In this document: positions 1-8,973 of the stretch, in pieces
How the letters are laid out: each line of letters begins with the position of its first letter
Position numbering within the stretch: position 1 is the stretch's first letter
NCBI GenBank assembly: GCA_048885535.1
Contig: JBHLLO010000002.1
Location: 1-64,000, forward strand
Reading direction: 5' to 3'
Source: Candidatus Hermodarchaeota archaeon
GTDB lineage: Archaea; Asgardarchaeota; Lokiarchaeia; Sigyniarchaeales; SOKP01
Length of the DNA: 64,000 nucleotides
Notes under the pieces: generated by a model
The model's database searches: none
What the model was told of the DNA's origin: nothing
Seen by the model: the letters and a program-made list of their open reading frames with translations, nothing else
Made by a program: the position numbers and the translations under genes

Positions 1-7
1 ACTTAGA

Positions 8-110
8 CGCTCAGGGTGGGATTCGAACCCACGGGTCCATCGGACACCGGTTTAGCAGACCGGCGCTTTAGGCACGTTATTTACGCTCTACCAGGCTAAG
101 CGACCTGAGC
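8..110 (-). tRNA. tRNA-Ser(GCT) with an 18-nt non-canonical D-loop intron (about 69..86)
   Basis: Reverse complement folds as acceptor GCTCAGG/CCTGAGC, anticodon arm CCGGT-CTGCTAA-ACCGG, long variable arm and T arm GTGGG-TTCGAAT-CCCAC. The D-loop insert forms a bulge-helix-bulge (GGTA/TGCC helix, GAG and TAA bulges). Confidence 0.93.
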
Positions 111-234
111 ATAGTTTTTATGAAAGCAAATTTATCTATATTTTGTATATAAAAATCCAAAATTTTAATATTTTTTTATTAAAATGGAATACACTCCATT
201 TTATGAAAATTAAAAGAATTTAAATCCAATGAAT

Positions 235-1407
235 TTAACCTTTTCGATAAGTTCGGATTCTATTTTCAGTGTACCACCAGAGAACACCAAAGGGAATACA
301 GTATTGCCAGTTAATTAACAAATGTAAAAAGCATACCCATGGAACAGAAGTATTAATTCCAAAAAGACTAGCACAATAATGGTCACCATATATAGAATAG
401 ACTATTGCGAAGTAAAGAATTTGCGTTAAAAGGATGTGATAGGTTGATTTTCCAAGAACAGCAAAAGCCTTTATGAATTTATTATTACTCCTTTTGGGAA
501 AGGATTTCATAGCTCGTAGAAATAGAAAAGCTGAGTAGGGAAATACTAATAAGTTATAATCCCCTTGGATTAATGGAAGTCCCAAAAATGTGAATCTGAA
601 GTTAAAAAATTGATATCCTATAAGATAAAGCAGGCTTAGAAAGAATAGAACCCAAATAAATCTGTTCTGTCTAGCTAAGACATCTGGATTTTTGGAAATC
701 CACATGCCTAATCCAATGGCAGAAAGCATAAATAATGGGCTTGTGGCAACCCAAAGATATGTATGCAAATAATCAAAATATGCTTCCCAAGTTGGAAATG
801 GAACTATGTGAGTTGGTAGATAAACGAAGAAGAAAAATATTAATCGAATTGCTATTTCAACTATAAAGCAGGCTATAAGAGTGATTATTCGCCATATTAA
901 CTTACCCGAAAACCCTTTGTATAAAAGAGGTAAGAGAATAATAGAAGTGAAAAGTACAGGTAAAAACCAGTTTCCAGGACCCCAAAAAGGCAATATCCCT
1001 ACAAAACGATGCCAATAGTCCCATTGAGGTTGATATTGAGATAGTGCATCAAAACCATTGATAAGTAATCCAATTAGGGTTGAGAAGAGAAACAAAATCA
1101 CAAATGGAAATATATAACGCCAGAATTTTCGCTTAAAATAGCTCCAAGAATAGAGCTCTTTTAATGTTTTTTGGCCTTTTTGTCTAAATGAATGCCCTGC
1201 ATTAAATCCTAAAATTACCAAAAATACAGGTATAGAAATTCGCTCCCATAAGGCAACCCCCATATAATCTTTATACATCCAAGGAATGGTGTGATCAAAG
1301 ATTACCAAAAAAATCATAATTGCTTTAACTATATCAACCTGAAGAAAATATTCTCGTTCTGAATCTTTAACTTCGATATCGCTATTTAATACGGATATTT
1401 CATTCAT
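235..1407 (-). CDS. Acyltransferase family 3 (OafA-like) multi-pass membrane protein
   Basis: N-terminal QVDIVKAIMIFLVIFDH, IPVFLVILGF, KRKFWRY and GNWFLPVL motifs; about 10 TM segments. Confidence 0.8.
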   Translation of the reverse strand: MNEISVLNSDIEVKDSEREYFLQVDIVKAIMIFLVIFDHTIPWMYKDYMGVALWERISIPVFLVILGFNAGHSFRQKGQKTLKELYSWSYFKRKFWRYIFPFVILFLFSTLIGLLINGFDALSQYQPQWDYWHRFVGILPFWGPGNWFLPVLFTSIILLPLLYKGFSGKLIWRIITLIACFIVEIAIRLIFFFFVYLPTHIVPFPTWEAYFDYLHTYLWVATSPLFMLSAIGLGMWISKNPDVLARQNRFIWVLFFLSLLYLIGYQFFNFRFTFLGLPLIQGDYNLLVFPYSAFLFLRAMKSFPKRSNNKFIKAFAVLGKSTYHILLTQILYFAIVYSIYGDHYCASLFGINTSVPWVCFLHLLINWQYCIPFGVLWWYTENRIRTYRKG

Positions 1408-1524
1408 AATTACTCCTTAATGAATAACAAAAGGGTATTTTAAAAATAAAAATTACAGAATCTAAAATTTGTAAACTTTTTAAATTTACTTAATTTCTTT
1501 TTTAAAGTCAATATCCAAAAAAGT

Positions 1525-2007
1525 CTACTCAGAGATTATCTCAAAAACCATTTTTTCGATGATTGGCTTTTTGGTATATCTCTTATCGTAATACCATCCT
1601 ACTAAATGAGCTTCTTGTTGCTTCTCTGGAACTGCTGGTATGATAATTATCATGACGCCATTAGATAAATATTTGAGTATCCGTTTGTCAATTACGTGAA
1701 GCTTGCTCTGTCCCGAGGGGTGGGAATGCCCTTGATAAACAATATCACATCCAAGCTCCTGCTTGAACTTTCGCATATTATAGATTTTTGATTTTTTATA
1801 ACGCATCCAACTTCTGGGTTTTACATGAGCTTTTGTCTTGCGTAAATCAGTATTTATTATAAACTTATTAACAATACCAAAATTTTCTTTTCTATCAGCG
1901 AATATCCAAAAATGTATGATGTAGGGATATTCTTCAGCTGCTTTTTGAGTAATCTCGTCAAAAATTCGTTGTGGTATGAGATATCGAAAATCTCTAGCTG
2001 CACTCAT
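1525..2007 (-). CDS. JAB/MPN (JAMM-like) domain protein, atypical catalytic motif
   Basis: GHSHPSGQSKLHVID (HxH-x10-D) followed by a hydrophobic strand VMIIII; size of a stand-alone JAB domain. Confidence 0.75.
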   Translation of the reverse strand: MSAARDFRYLIPQRIFDEITQKAAEEYPYIIHFWIFADRKENFGIVNKFIINTDLRKTKAHVKPRSWMRYKKSKIYNMRKFKQELGCDIVYQGHSHPSGQSKLHVIDKRILKYLSNGVMIIIIPAVPEKQQEAHLVGWYYDKRYTKKPIIEKMVFEIISE

Positions 2008-2184
2008 TTTTAGATCATCTCAATTATGGTAAAATATATTATAAAATTTATATTTTTCCCAAAATAACGCCTAAGCTCTTCATTGTTAAAGAGAAGAATA
2101 AAAAAAGATTTATTATATTAAATATAATCTATTTTAATACTAATAATCTATTTAAGTTAAAACAACATATATCATTTTTAATGC

Positions 2185-2285
2185 GCAGACGTAGCCTAGT
2201 TGGTAAGACGCCGGCCTTGAGTAGTATACCATTCAAGTAAGCCGGTGCGCGTGAGCGCTCGGGGGTTCGAGTCCCTCCGTCTGCG
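2185..2285 (+). tRNA. tRNA-Ser(TGA) with canonical 37/38 intron (2222..2239, 18 nt)
   Basis: Acceptor GCAGACG/CGTCTGC, anticodon stem CCGGC/GCCGG, loop CT-TGA-G|intron|A, BHB helix CTTG/CAAG, long variable arm, T loop TTCGAGT. Confidence 0.93.
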
Positions 2286-2316
2286 TTTAATCTACAATGG
2301 CTTTTTTATAAGGAGA

Positions 2317-2418
2317 GGGCTATTGGCGCAGTCAGGTAGCGCAACCGGCTCTTAAGTGGAAGAATCATCTTCCCCAGTAGAAACCGGCAGGTCGGGGGTT
2401 CGAATCCCCTATAGCCCG
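2317..2418 (+). tRNA. tRNA-Lys(CTT) with canonical 37/38 intron (2355..2382, 28 nt)
   Basis: Acceptor GGGCTAT/ATAGCCC, D stem GCGC/GCGC, anticodon CTT at 2351-2353, intron hairpin GGAAGA/TCTTCC, T loop TTCGAAT. Confidence 0.92.
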
Positions 2419-2464
2419 CTCAAAGATTTTTCTGATTAATAATAGTAGGAAATTCAATAATTTG

Positions 2465-3418
2465 TTATAAATATTTAAAAATTATTTCAAAATCAGAAAA
2501 ATCAAAAGGCTTTAGAATAATACCATCTGCCTTAATTTCACTCATGTGTTTTTCAACTTCAGTTCCAGGAATAGCTGTTAAAACAAACACAGGAATATTT
2601 TTTAATTTAGGATCGGATTTAATCATTTTGGATATCTCATAACCACTATAATCTGGTAAGATAATATCTAAAAGGATTAATCTTGGAATATTATTCCTTA
2701 ATTCTTCGATTCCTTTTGTGCCGCTGACCACACCATGGCAAGAATATCCTTTACTTTCAAAATAACTTGTAAGTAGTCTAATAGTGGCTAAATCATCTTC
2801 AATTAATAGAATGTCATATTGAGCTGATTCAATTTTTATATTATCAAGGATATTGATGATTCTATTCTCAAGAAGAAGAGATTGATCGAATATATTTTGA
2901 ATTGTAGTTAATATTTTCTCGTCTAATTGATCTTGATAATTTTCAAGTAATAATTGTGAAAAACCCTTTATCGTAGTTAAAGGCTCCTTTAATGCATGAG
3001 AAAGATTAGTAAGAGCTTCAGTATCGAGTTTATCGAATCCATTACCCAAAAGACTTGACTTTTTATGAATAAAATAATCAACGGCATCTCGAATAAGTTT
3101 TGAAATTGTATTGTAGGTTTCTTTATTTTCGTTTATAAAGTCTTGCCAATCATCTTTGGTTTCTTCAGATACATAAAGTGAAATTCTTTCTTTATCTCTA
3201 TCATAAATTTTTTCTCCTTTTAACCATCGTTTAAATGCTTCAGTAACATTTCCACGCCAGACAGCATATTTATCTGTCTCTTTCTTATATTGTTCCATTA
3301 GTTCTTTTACTTTTTGACTATCTAAATCAAGGTCTTCGATTTCTTCCTCTGTCATTAAGGGAATATCGTTCTTATCCTTTTCCTCTTGATTATTATCTTG
3401 AGCTTCTTGTTCCGTCAT
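2465..3418 (-). CDS. RHH-like + HisKA(DHp) + receiver-domain protein, paralog 1
   Basis: ERISLYVSEETK...TISKLIRDAV (RHH-like), LSHALKEPLTTIKG (H-box), ILLIEDD / LILLDIILPD / LTA / KPF (receiver). Confidence 0.8.
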   Translation of the reverse strand: MTEQEAQDNNQEEKDKNDIPLMTEEEIEDLDLDSQKVKELMEQYKKETDKYAVWRGNVTEAFKRWLKGEKIYDRDKERISLYVSEETKDDWQDFINENKETYNTISKLIRDAVDYFIHKKSSLLGNGFDKLDTEALTNLSHALKEPLTTIKGFSQLLLENYQDQLDEKILTTIQNIFDQSLLLENRIINILDNIKIESAQYDILLIEDDLATIRLLTSYFESKGYSCHGVVSGTKGIEELRNNIPRLILLDIILPDYSGYEISKMIKSDPKLKNIPVFVLTAIPGTEVEKHMSEIKADGIILKPFDFSDFEIIFKYL

Positions 3419-3600
3419 AGATCTCGTATGTATAATTTTATTATCTGTATGTAAAAAAGATCTAAAATCTAATATTGATTACCAGATAAGAATTAATTTT
3501 TGTAAAAATAAAAATTTTTTTTTATAAAATTATAAAATATTATACCATAATTTGTATGATTAGTTAATTTGGTACATATTAGTCAATAATTGCGATATAA

Positions 3601-4578
3601 TCAATCTTTTAAGATGTCAAAAACGACTCCAAAATCAGAAAAGTTAAAAGGTTTTAAAATGTATCCATCTGCTTTAGTTTCTTTTAAATGCTTTTCAACT
3701 TCAGAACCAGAAATAGCTGTCAAGAAAAAAGTAGGAATTTTTTTGAACTCTTTATCGGATTTTATTGTTTTACAAATATCATAACCACTTAAGTCGGGTA
3801 AAATTATATCTAGTAATATTAACTTCGGTTTTGCTCTACCCAATTCTTCTAATCCTTTTGAGCCACTAACTACACCCTTGCAGAGATACCCTTTACTATC
3901 AAAATAGCTTGTAATTAATCGAATTGTGGCTAAATCATCTTCTATTAATAGAATATCATACTCATGATTTTGAGTTTTGATATTATCGAGAAAATTAATT
4001 ATTCTATTTTCAAGAATATTGCTTTGTTCTAATATATTCTTAAGTTTTTCTTGTACATCTTCACTTATTTTTTCTTTATAATTTTCATTCTCGAATAAGA
4101 ATTGAGAATAACCCTTTATCGATGTAAGAGGTTCCTTTAATGCATGGGAAATATTTGAAATTGTTTTTTGATTTAATTTTGATAGTGGATTCCTTCCTTG
4201 TTTTGAATCTTCAATAAAAGTATTAACTCCTTGTCTAATAAGCTCTGAAAAAGTAGGAAATTCTTCTTTATTATTATTAATAAATTCTTGCCATTCATCT
4301 TTGGTTTTTTCTTCAACGTAAAGCGAAATCCGTTCTTTTTCGCGACTATATATTTTTTCTCCCCTTAACCATTTTTTAAAAGCTTCTGTAACATTACCAC
4401 GCCAAACTGCATGTCTCTCTGTTTGTTTCTCATATAATTCTATTAACCTTCTCCCAACTTGACTTTTTAAATCAAGATTTTCAATTTCCTCTTCAGTAAG
4501 CGACTTTCTTATATCATCTAGCTCACTATCTTCTTGATTCTGCTCCAATTCATTCATTTCTCTTTCTGAAGGAGACAA
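3601..4578 (-). CDS. RHH-like + HisKA(DHp) + receiver-domain protein, paralog 2 (start possibly ATC at 4626)
   Basis: Same architecture and long identical blocks as 2465..3418 (AVWRGNVTEAFK, SHALKEPLT, ILLIEDDLATIRL). Confidence 0.8.
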   Translation of the reverse strand: MSPSEREMNELEQNQEDSELDDIRKSLTEEEIENLDLKSQVGRRLIELYEKQTERHAVWRGNVTEAFKKWLRGEKIYSREKERISLYVEEKTKDEWQEFINNNKEEFPTFSELIRQGVNTFIEDSKQGRNPLSKLNQKTISNISHALKEPLTSIKGYSQFLFENENYKEKISEDVQEKLKNILEQSNILENRIINFLDNIKTQNHEYDILLIEDDLATIRLITSYFDSKGYLCKGVVSGSKGLEELGRAKPKLILLDIILPDLSGYDICKTIKSDKEFKKIPTFFLTAISGSEVEKHLKETKADGYILKPFNFSDFGVVFDILKD

Positions 4579-5174
4579 TTCCTTTTCTTTTTCCTTGTTA
4601 TTAGATTTAAGAGGCGCTTTAGTGATTTATGGATCACCAATATTTTTGGAAATTTCCAAATCTATTATATATTTTATAGCAAAAAATTAGTATTAGAAAT
4701 GCTATTTAACTTTTTGTGTTAAAAAATTTTTCCGTCAGATTCAATGATCATTTATTGGTATATGCCCAATTTAAAATTTTTTGACTTTAAAATCTTTTTT
4801 CTTAATGAATCATCATAAAATTCGTGTGAAAAAAAAGAAATAAGAGCTAATTTAAGGTTGGTGTTTTTTGGTAAAAAATTCTATTCCAATAGATATAATT
4901 CTACCTTAGAATAAATAAGAAAATGTCTGGATATTATATGTGTTTTTAAATTTGTCTGGGCTTTTTTGTTGTAAAAAAAATGAAAACAAAGATTTATTCA
5001 TGAATTTGTGCTTTTAACCCAAATATTTAAATACTTGAAAAAGCTAATTTGATCATAACAAAAAAAAAAGTGTGTGTAAAAAACTATACTTATTGTGTTC
5101 AAAAAATTCGCATGAAAAAAGCGACAAAAATATCTTTTATTAAAATTAAGGGATAAGGTTGAGGTTTTAAAAAA

Positions 5175-6065
5175 ATGGTTGTTGAAATGGATGAATTGTC
5201 TAATATTTGCCCTGAATGCGGAGGGGCAACAATTATTAGTCAAGAGAGAGGAGAAACGGTTTGTAAGCAATGTGGTTTAGTTGTAGGAGAGAGGGGTTTA
5301 GATATAAATCATAGTGGCATTCGAGCATATTCTAAACATGAAAAAGATAAGAAGGAAAGAACAGGATCGCCTATGTCAATTTTAATGCCTGATATTGGTT
5401 TAAGTACTGTAATCGACAGAACAAAAATTAAAAATCCAGATTTAAGAAGAGCTGCAAAATGGAACACACATTTATCTTGGGAAAAACGGAATATGCTTAT
5501 GGCCATTACAGAATTAAAGAGAATTGGTGGAAATTTAAATTTCCCCGAGAGAGTAAAAAAGTCAGCTGTCCGATTATATAAAGAAGTATTTAAAAGACAA
5601 TTGCTTAGGGGGCGCTCTATTAATGGAATGGTTGCTGCTTGTGCTTATTATGCTTGTAAGGATGAAAAGGTGCCAATTACACTTCAAGAGATATTGGATG
5701 AAGCTTCAATTAATGATAATATTGTAAAGAAATGTTATAAAATTTTAATAAGAGAATTAAATTTAAAGATTTCACATATAGATCCTGTGTCTCTAATACC
5801 GCGTTATTGTGCGGATCTAAATTTAGGAATCGACGTTGAAAAAGAAGCAGTTCAAGTATTGCAAAATTATATAAAGAAAAGATCAATATCAGGTAAGGAT
5901 CCAAAAGGTTTATGTGCGGGAGCCTTATATTTAATAGCAAAATTGAGAAATGTTAAAGTGAGTCAAAAAGATATTTCTCGAATAATAGGTGTCACAGAAG
6001 TGACTCTACGCTCTAGATATAAAGAATTGTTGAAGAATATTACTCTTAATTTTCAAGGGATTTAA
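5175..6065 (+). CDS. tfb: Transcription initiation factor IIB (TFB), divergent paralog
   Basis: CPECG...CKQCG zinc ribbon, LLRGRS, SGKDPKGLCAGALY, GVTEVTLRSRYKEL HTH. Confidence 0.92.
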   Translation: MVVEMDELSNICPECGGATIISQERGETVCKQCGLVVGERGLDINHSGIRAYSKHEKDKKERTGSPMSILMPDIGLSTVIDRTKIKNPDLRRAAKWNTHLSWEKRNMLMAITELKRIGGNLNFPERVKKSAVRLYKEVFKRQLLRGRSINGMVAACAYYACKDEKVPITLQEILDEASINDNIVKKCYKILIRELNLKISHIDPVSLIPRYCADLNLGIDVEKEAVQVLQNYIKKRSISGKDPKGLCAGALYLIAKLRNVKVSQKDISRIIGVTEVTLRSRYKELLKNITLNFQGI

Positions 6066-6197
6066 AACTTATTTTCTCCTCTATTTTTTTAACCGATAAA
6101 AAAAATCTTGATGATCATACAAAGATATTTTCATATAGAATGAATATTTAACTCTTATAAGAAGTATAATGAGGATTATCAAAAATTCAGCCATAAT

Positions 6198-7205
6198 TTG
6201 TATTTAGAGATGCGTCTTTGGATTTTTTTTTTGGTTTTTCCGGCATTTGTAATTGTTAATGTAGTAATGATTTTTATAGTTGTTAATGATTTCGATAATT
6301 TAATACTAGGAATTGTATTATCCATTATCTCTATTTTTGTTGGAATTGCAGTTTTTAGAACAGTGATCTATAGACCAGAAAGCTATTATAATAATGTCTC
6401 AAGAAGTACTGTAGACGCTCAAAAAGTGGAAATTAAGTTCGATGATGGTGTTAAATCAGCAGGAGTTTTTTATCGCTCAGTTTCAGAGACAATAATAACA
6501 CCTAATGGACGTCGATATACTAAACCACGCCCAACTATAATATTTTTTCATGGATTTTGGAGGAGAAAAGAGGCTAATGAATTAAATCTCATTACTTTAG
6601 CCCATATGGGATATGTTGCTGTTGCTTTTGATCAAAGAGGGCATGGAGAAGCAAGTGGAAATAGAGCAGAATGGTATAAGCTGTACACTGACGTGGACAA
6701 TATTCTCGATTTAGTCTGCTCTTTTGAAGATGTGAAGAAGGGTTCTTTATGTTGCATAGGGAAATCAATGGGAGGGACTTCTGTATTGACAAAATGTTAT
6801 CAAGATGAGCGTGTTGCAATGGTTATAGGGATTAGTGCTTTGCATTCTGCTGAAATTCTGGTTGGGGCAAAATTTCCGTTCCTTTCTTCTGGATGGTTCG
6901 TAAGACGCGTTATATCGAAGGTGGTAGATGAAAGAGCATTAAAATTATGTGCGCATTATTACTTGAAAAACGATCCAGAACTTAATAAAAACCGTGTTTT
7001 CCTTATCCATGGTGAACTGGATAATATTTTTCCACCTTCACTGACATTCGAATTAAACAAAATACAATCAGGAATTCCAGATGACCATGCAATCTTATTA
7101 CAAAATTGCGGTCATAGTATGAAAGGCCAGGAATCATTAATTTTTGGGATAATTCTTAAATGGATACTAGAAAATAAGTCTATGGACTTAAAGAATAACG
7201 TATAA
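6198..7205 (+). CDS. Membrane-anchored alpha/beta hydrolase
   Basis: Two N-terminal TM helices, FFHGF, FDQRGHGEAS, nucleophile elbow GKSMGG, HGELD, CGH. Confidence 0.85.
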   Translation: MYLEMRLWIFFLVFPAFVIVNVVMIFIVVNDFDNLILGIVLSIISIFVGIAVFRTVIYRPESYYNNVSRSTVDAQKVEIKFDDGVKSAGVFYRSVSETIITPNGRRYTKPRPTIIFFHGFWRRKEANELNLITLAHMGYVAVAFDQRGHGEASGNRAEWYKLYTDVDNILDLVCSFEDVKKGSLCCIGKSMGGTSVLTKCYQDERVAMVIGISALHSAEILVGAKFPFLSSGWFVRRVISKVVDERALKLCAHYYLKNDPELNKNRVFLIHGELDNIFPPSLTFELNKIQSGIPDDHAILLQNCGHSMKGQESLIFGIILKWILENKSMDLKNNV

Positions 7206-7441
7206 TTATACAGTTTTTTATTAAATTTATAAGTTTTCTGAGATAATATTTTCCAAAATAATCTATACTTAAAATTGTTAATCCTAAAACGAAAATTAAG
7301 TAGAAAATTGATTGATGGAATCTGTGAAATGAGTTAGTTCATTGGATTACTTTTATTACTCTGCTACCATTCTTATTGAAACTTGAGTTATCATGAAATA
7401 TATAATTTTTACTTTAACGTCAGATAATAATATAATAGATT

Positions 7442-8170
7442 TTATTTCCTATATCCTGTTCGTCGGGCTGCAATCAATCCAACTTTTCTTCCAGGTGGAG
7501 CATTCCGAGAAGTAGTCGTAGAAATGTGAGGATGTTTATGACGCCCCCCACCAAATGGATGATCGCTTGCGTTCATAGCGGATCCGCGAACCACAGGCCA
7601 TTTTGCTCCTTTAGACTTCAGGGAGTGAAACTTATTTCCAGCTTTGAGGAAAGGTTTGTCAGTCCTACCACCACCAGCCACAACTCCAACCGTGCAAAGA
7701 CAGCTTTCGTGGAACCATTTGGTTTTTTTTGATCGGAATAATAGCTGGACCTTATTTTTTGATTTGTTCTGTACAATGGCAGCAACCCCAGAAGCGCGTG
7801 CAAATTTACCGCCATCTTGAGGAGTTCCTTCAATATTAAATACAAGAGTCCCTATAGGAATTTTTTTTAGGGGAAGTATATTTCCCACAGCAACTTCTTG
7901 ACCATAACCTGTTTTTGACTGAATAAATTCTTCACCTTCATAAATTCCTTCTGGAGGTAACCAAAGTCTCTTTTCACCGTCATTAAATTGTACTTTTGCT
8001 ACAGGGGCGCCTCTTCCAGGTGAATGAATTAATTCAAGTACTTTAAATGTAAGTACTTTTTCCTTCTCCTTAAATGGACGATATTTAATATTTCCAATAT
8101 GACGATGACTTGGAGACCTTGCCCATAGATTTCCATGTCCTTTTCTTTGTACTAATATGCGTTTTCCCAT
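7442..8170 (-). CDS. rpl2: 50S ribosomal protein uL2
   Basis: MGKRILVQRKG, HSPGRGAP, DGGKFARASG, VRGSAMNASDHPFGGG, PPGRKVGLIAARRTG; start taken at ATG 8170 after GAGTGA. Confidence 0.96.
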   Translation of the reverse strand: MGKRILVQRKGHGNLWARSPSHRHIGNIKYRPFKEKEKVLTFKVLELIHSPGRGAPVAKVQFNDGEKRLWLPPEGIYEGEEFIQSKTGYGQEVAVGNILPLKKIPIGTLVFNIEGTPQDGGKFARASGVAAIVQNKSKNKVQLLFRSKKTKWFHESCLCTVGVVAGGGRTDKPFLKAGNKFHSLKSKGAKWPVVRGSAMNASDHPFGGGRHKHPHISTTTSRNAPPGRKVGLIAARRTGYRK

Positions 8171-8343
8171 TAAGTTCACTCAGATTATTAAATTACTTTT
8201 TTGTAATTAAGGAAAGTTTAAATTTTTTTTCTTTTTATGGATTATTTTAAAGATTTAAACTTAGTATTCAATATTTAGGACTTACAAAGAGCATTTAAGA
8301 TTCATAAGATAATTTAAAAAAAATAAATTAAATTATATTAAAC

Positions 8344-8844
8344 TCATTCTAATTTTGAACCACATGCACCGCAAAAGTTTTCTTCTCCTGTTATCGGTTC
8401 TCCACAATTTGGACAGAATTTCTTTTCCTCGCTTGGGCTGGGTTCTTCTTCTGGTTGAGCTTCAACAGACTCCACGGGTGAAGCTGCTGGCTCTTGAAGT
8501 GATGGAGCAGAAATTTCGTTATAAATAGAAGTCCAAATCTTTTGAGTAGGTAAATTTTTTCCGTGAGTCGAACACGCACATTTAATCAGAGTCCAAGGTC
8601 CCTTTACTTTCAAAAAATCGACTTTAGCTTCTTGACCGCATTTATAACAACGAAAGACAGAATCTTTTATATATGGTAAAAATAGATTCTTTTGCATTAA
8701 AGGGACATTAAAACTTCGTCCACCATGAATTGGACATCTTTGCTTAACAATCATTTTATTTCCGGCAACTTTTAAAACATAAATAGCCCCCATGGCTCCA
8801 CAACGAGGGCAGCTAAATATTTTGCTATAATCTTGCTGAGTCAT
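8344..8844 (-). CDS. Multi-zinc-ribbon protein
   Basis: Two internal repeats CxxCG...CxxHG, an acidic Pro-rich linker, and a C-terminal FCPNCG...FCGACG ribbon. Confidence 0.75.
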   Translation of the reverse strand: MTQQDYSKIFSCPRCGAMGAIYVLKVAGNKMIVKQRCPIHGGRSFNVPLMQKNLFLPYIKDSVFRCYKCGQEAKVDFLKVKGPWTLIKCACSTHGKNLPTQKIWTSIYNEISAPSLQEPAASPVESVEAQPEEEPSPSEEKKFCPNCGEPITGEENFCGACGSKLE

Positions 8845-8973
8845 TGAATTTTCTTCTCTATATTAATTTATTAAGAAAGAAAAGAAAAATCTAACTTAAA
8901 TTTTTTATTGTGCCAAAATTTTGAAGTTATGCAAATTAACATTAATGCACTTTTGAATTGAAAAAGAATTAAA

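Noticed and set aside
4998-5270. 90-aa minus-strand ORF over the tfb upstream region
   Set aside because: Derived from poly-A/T promoter sequence and overlaps tfb antisense.
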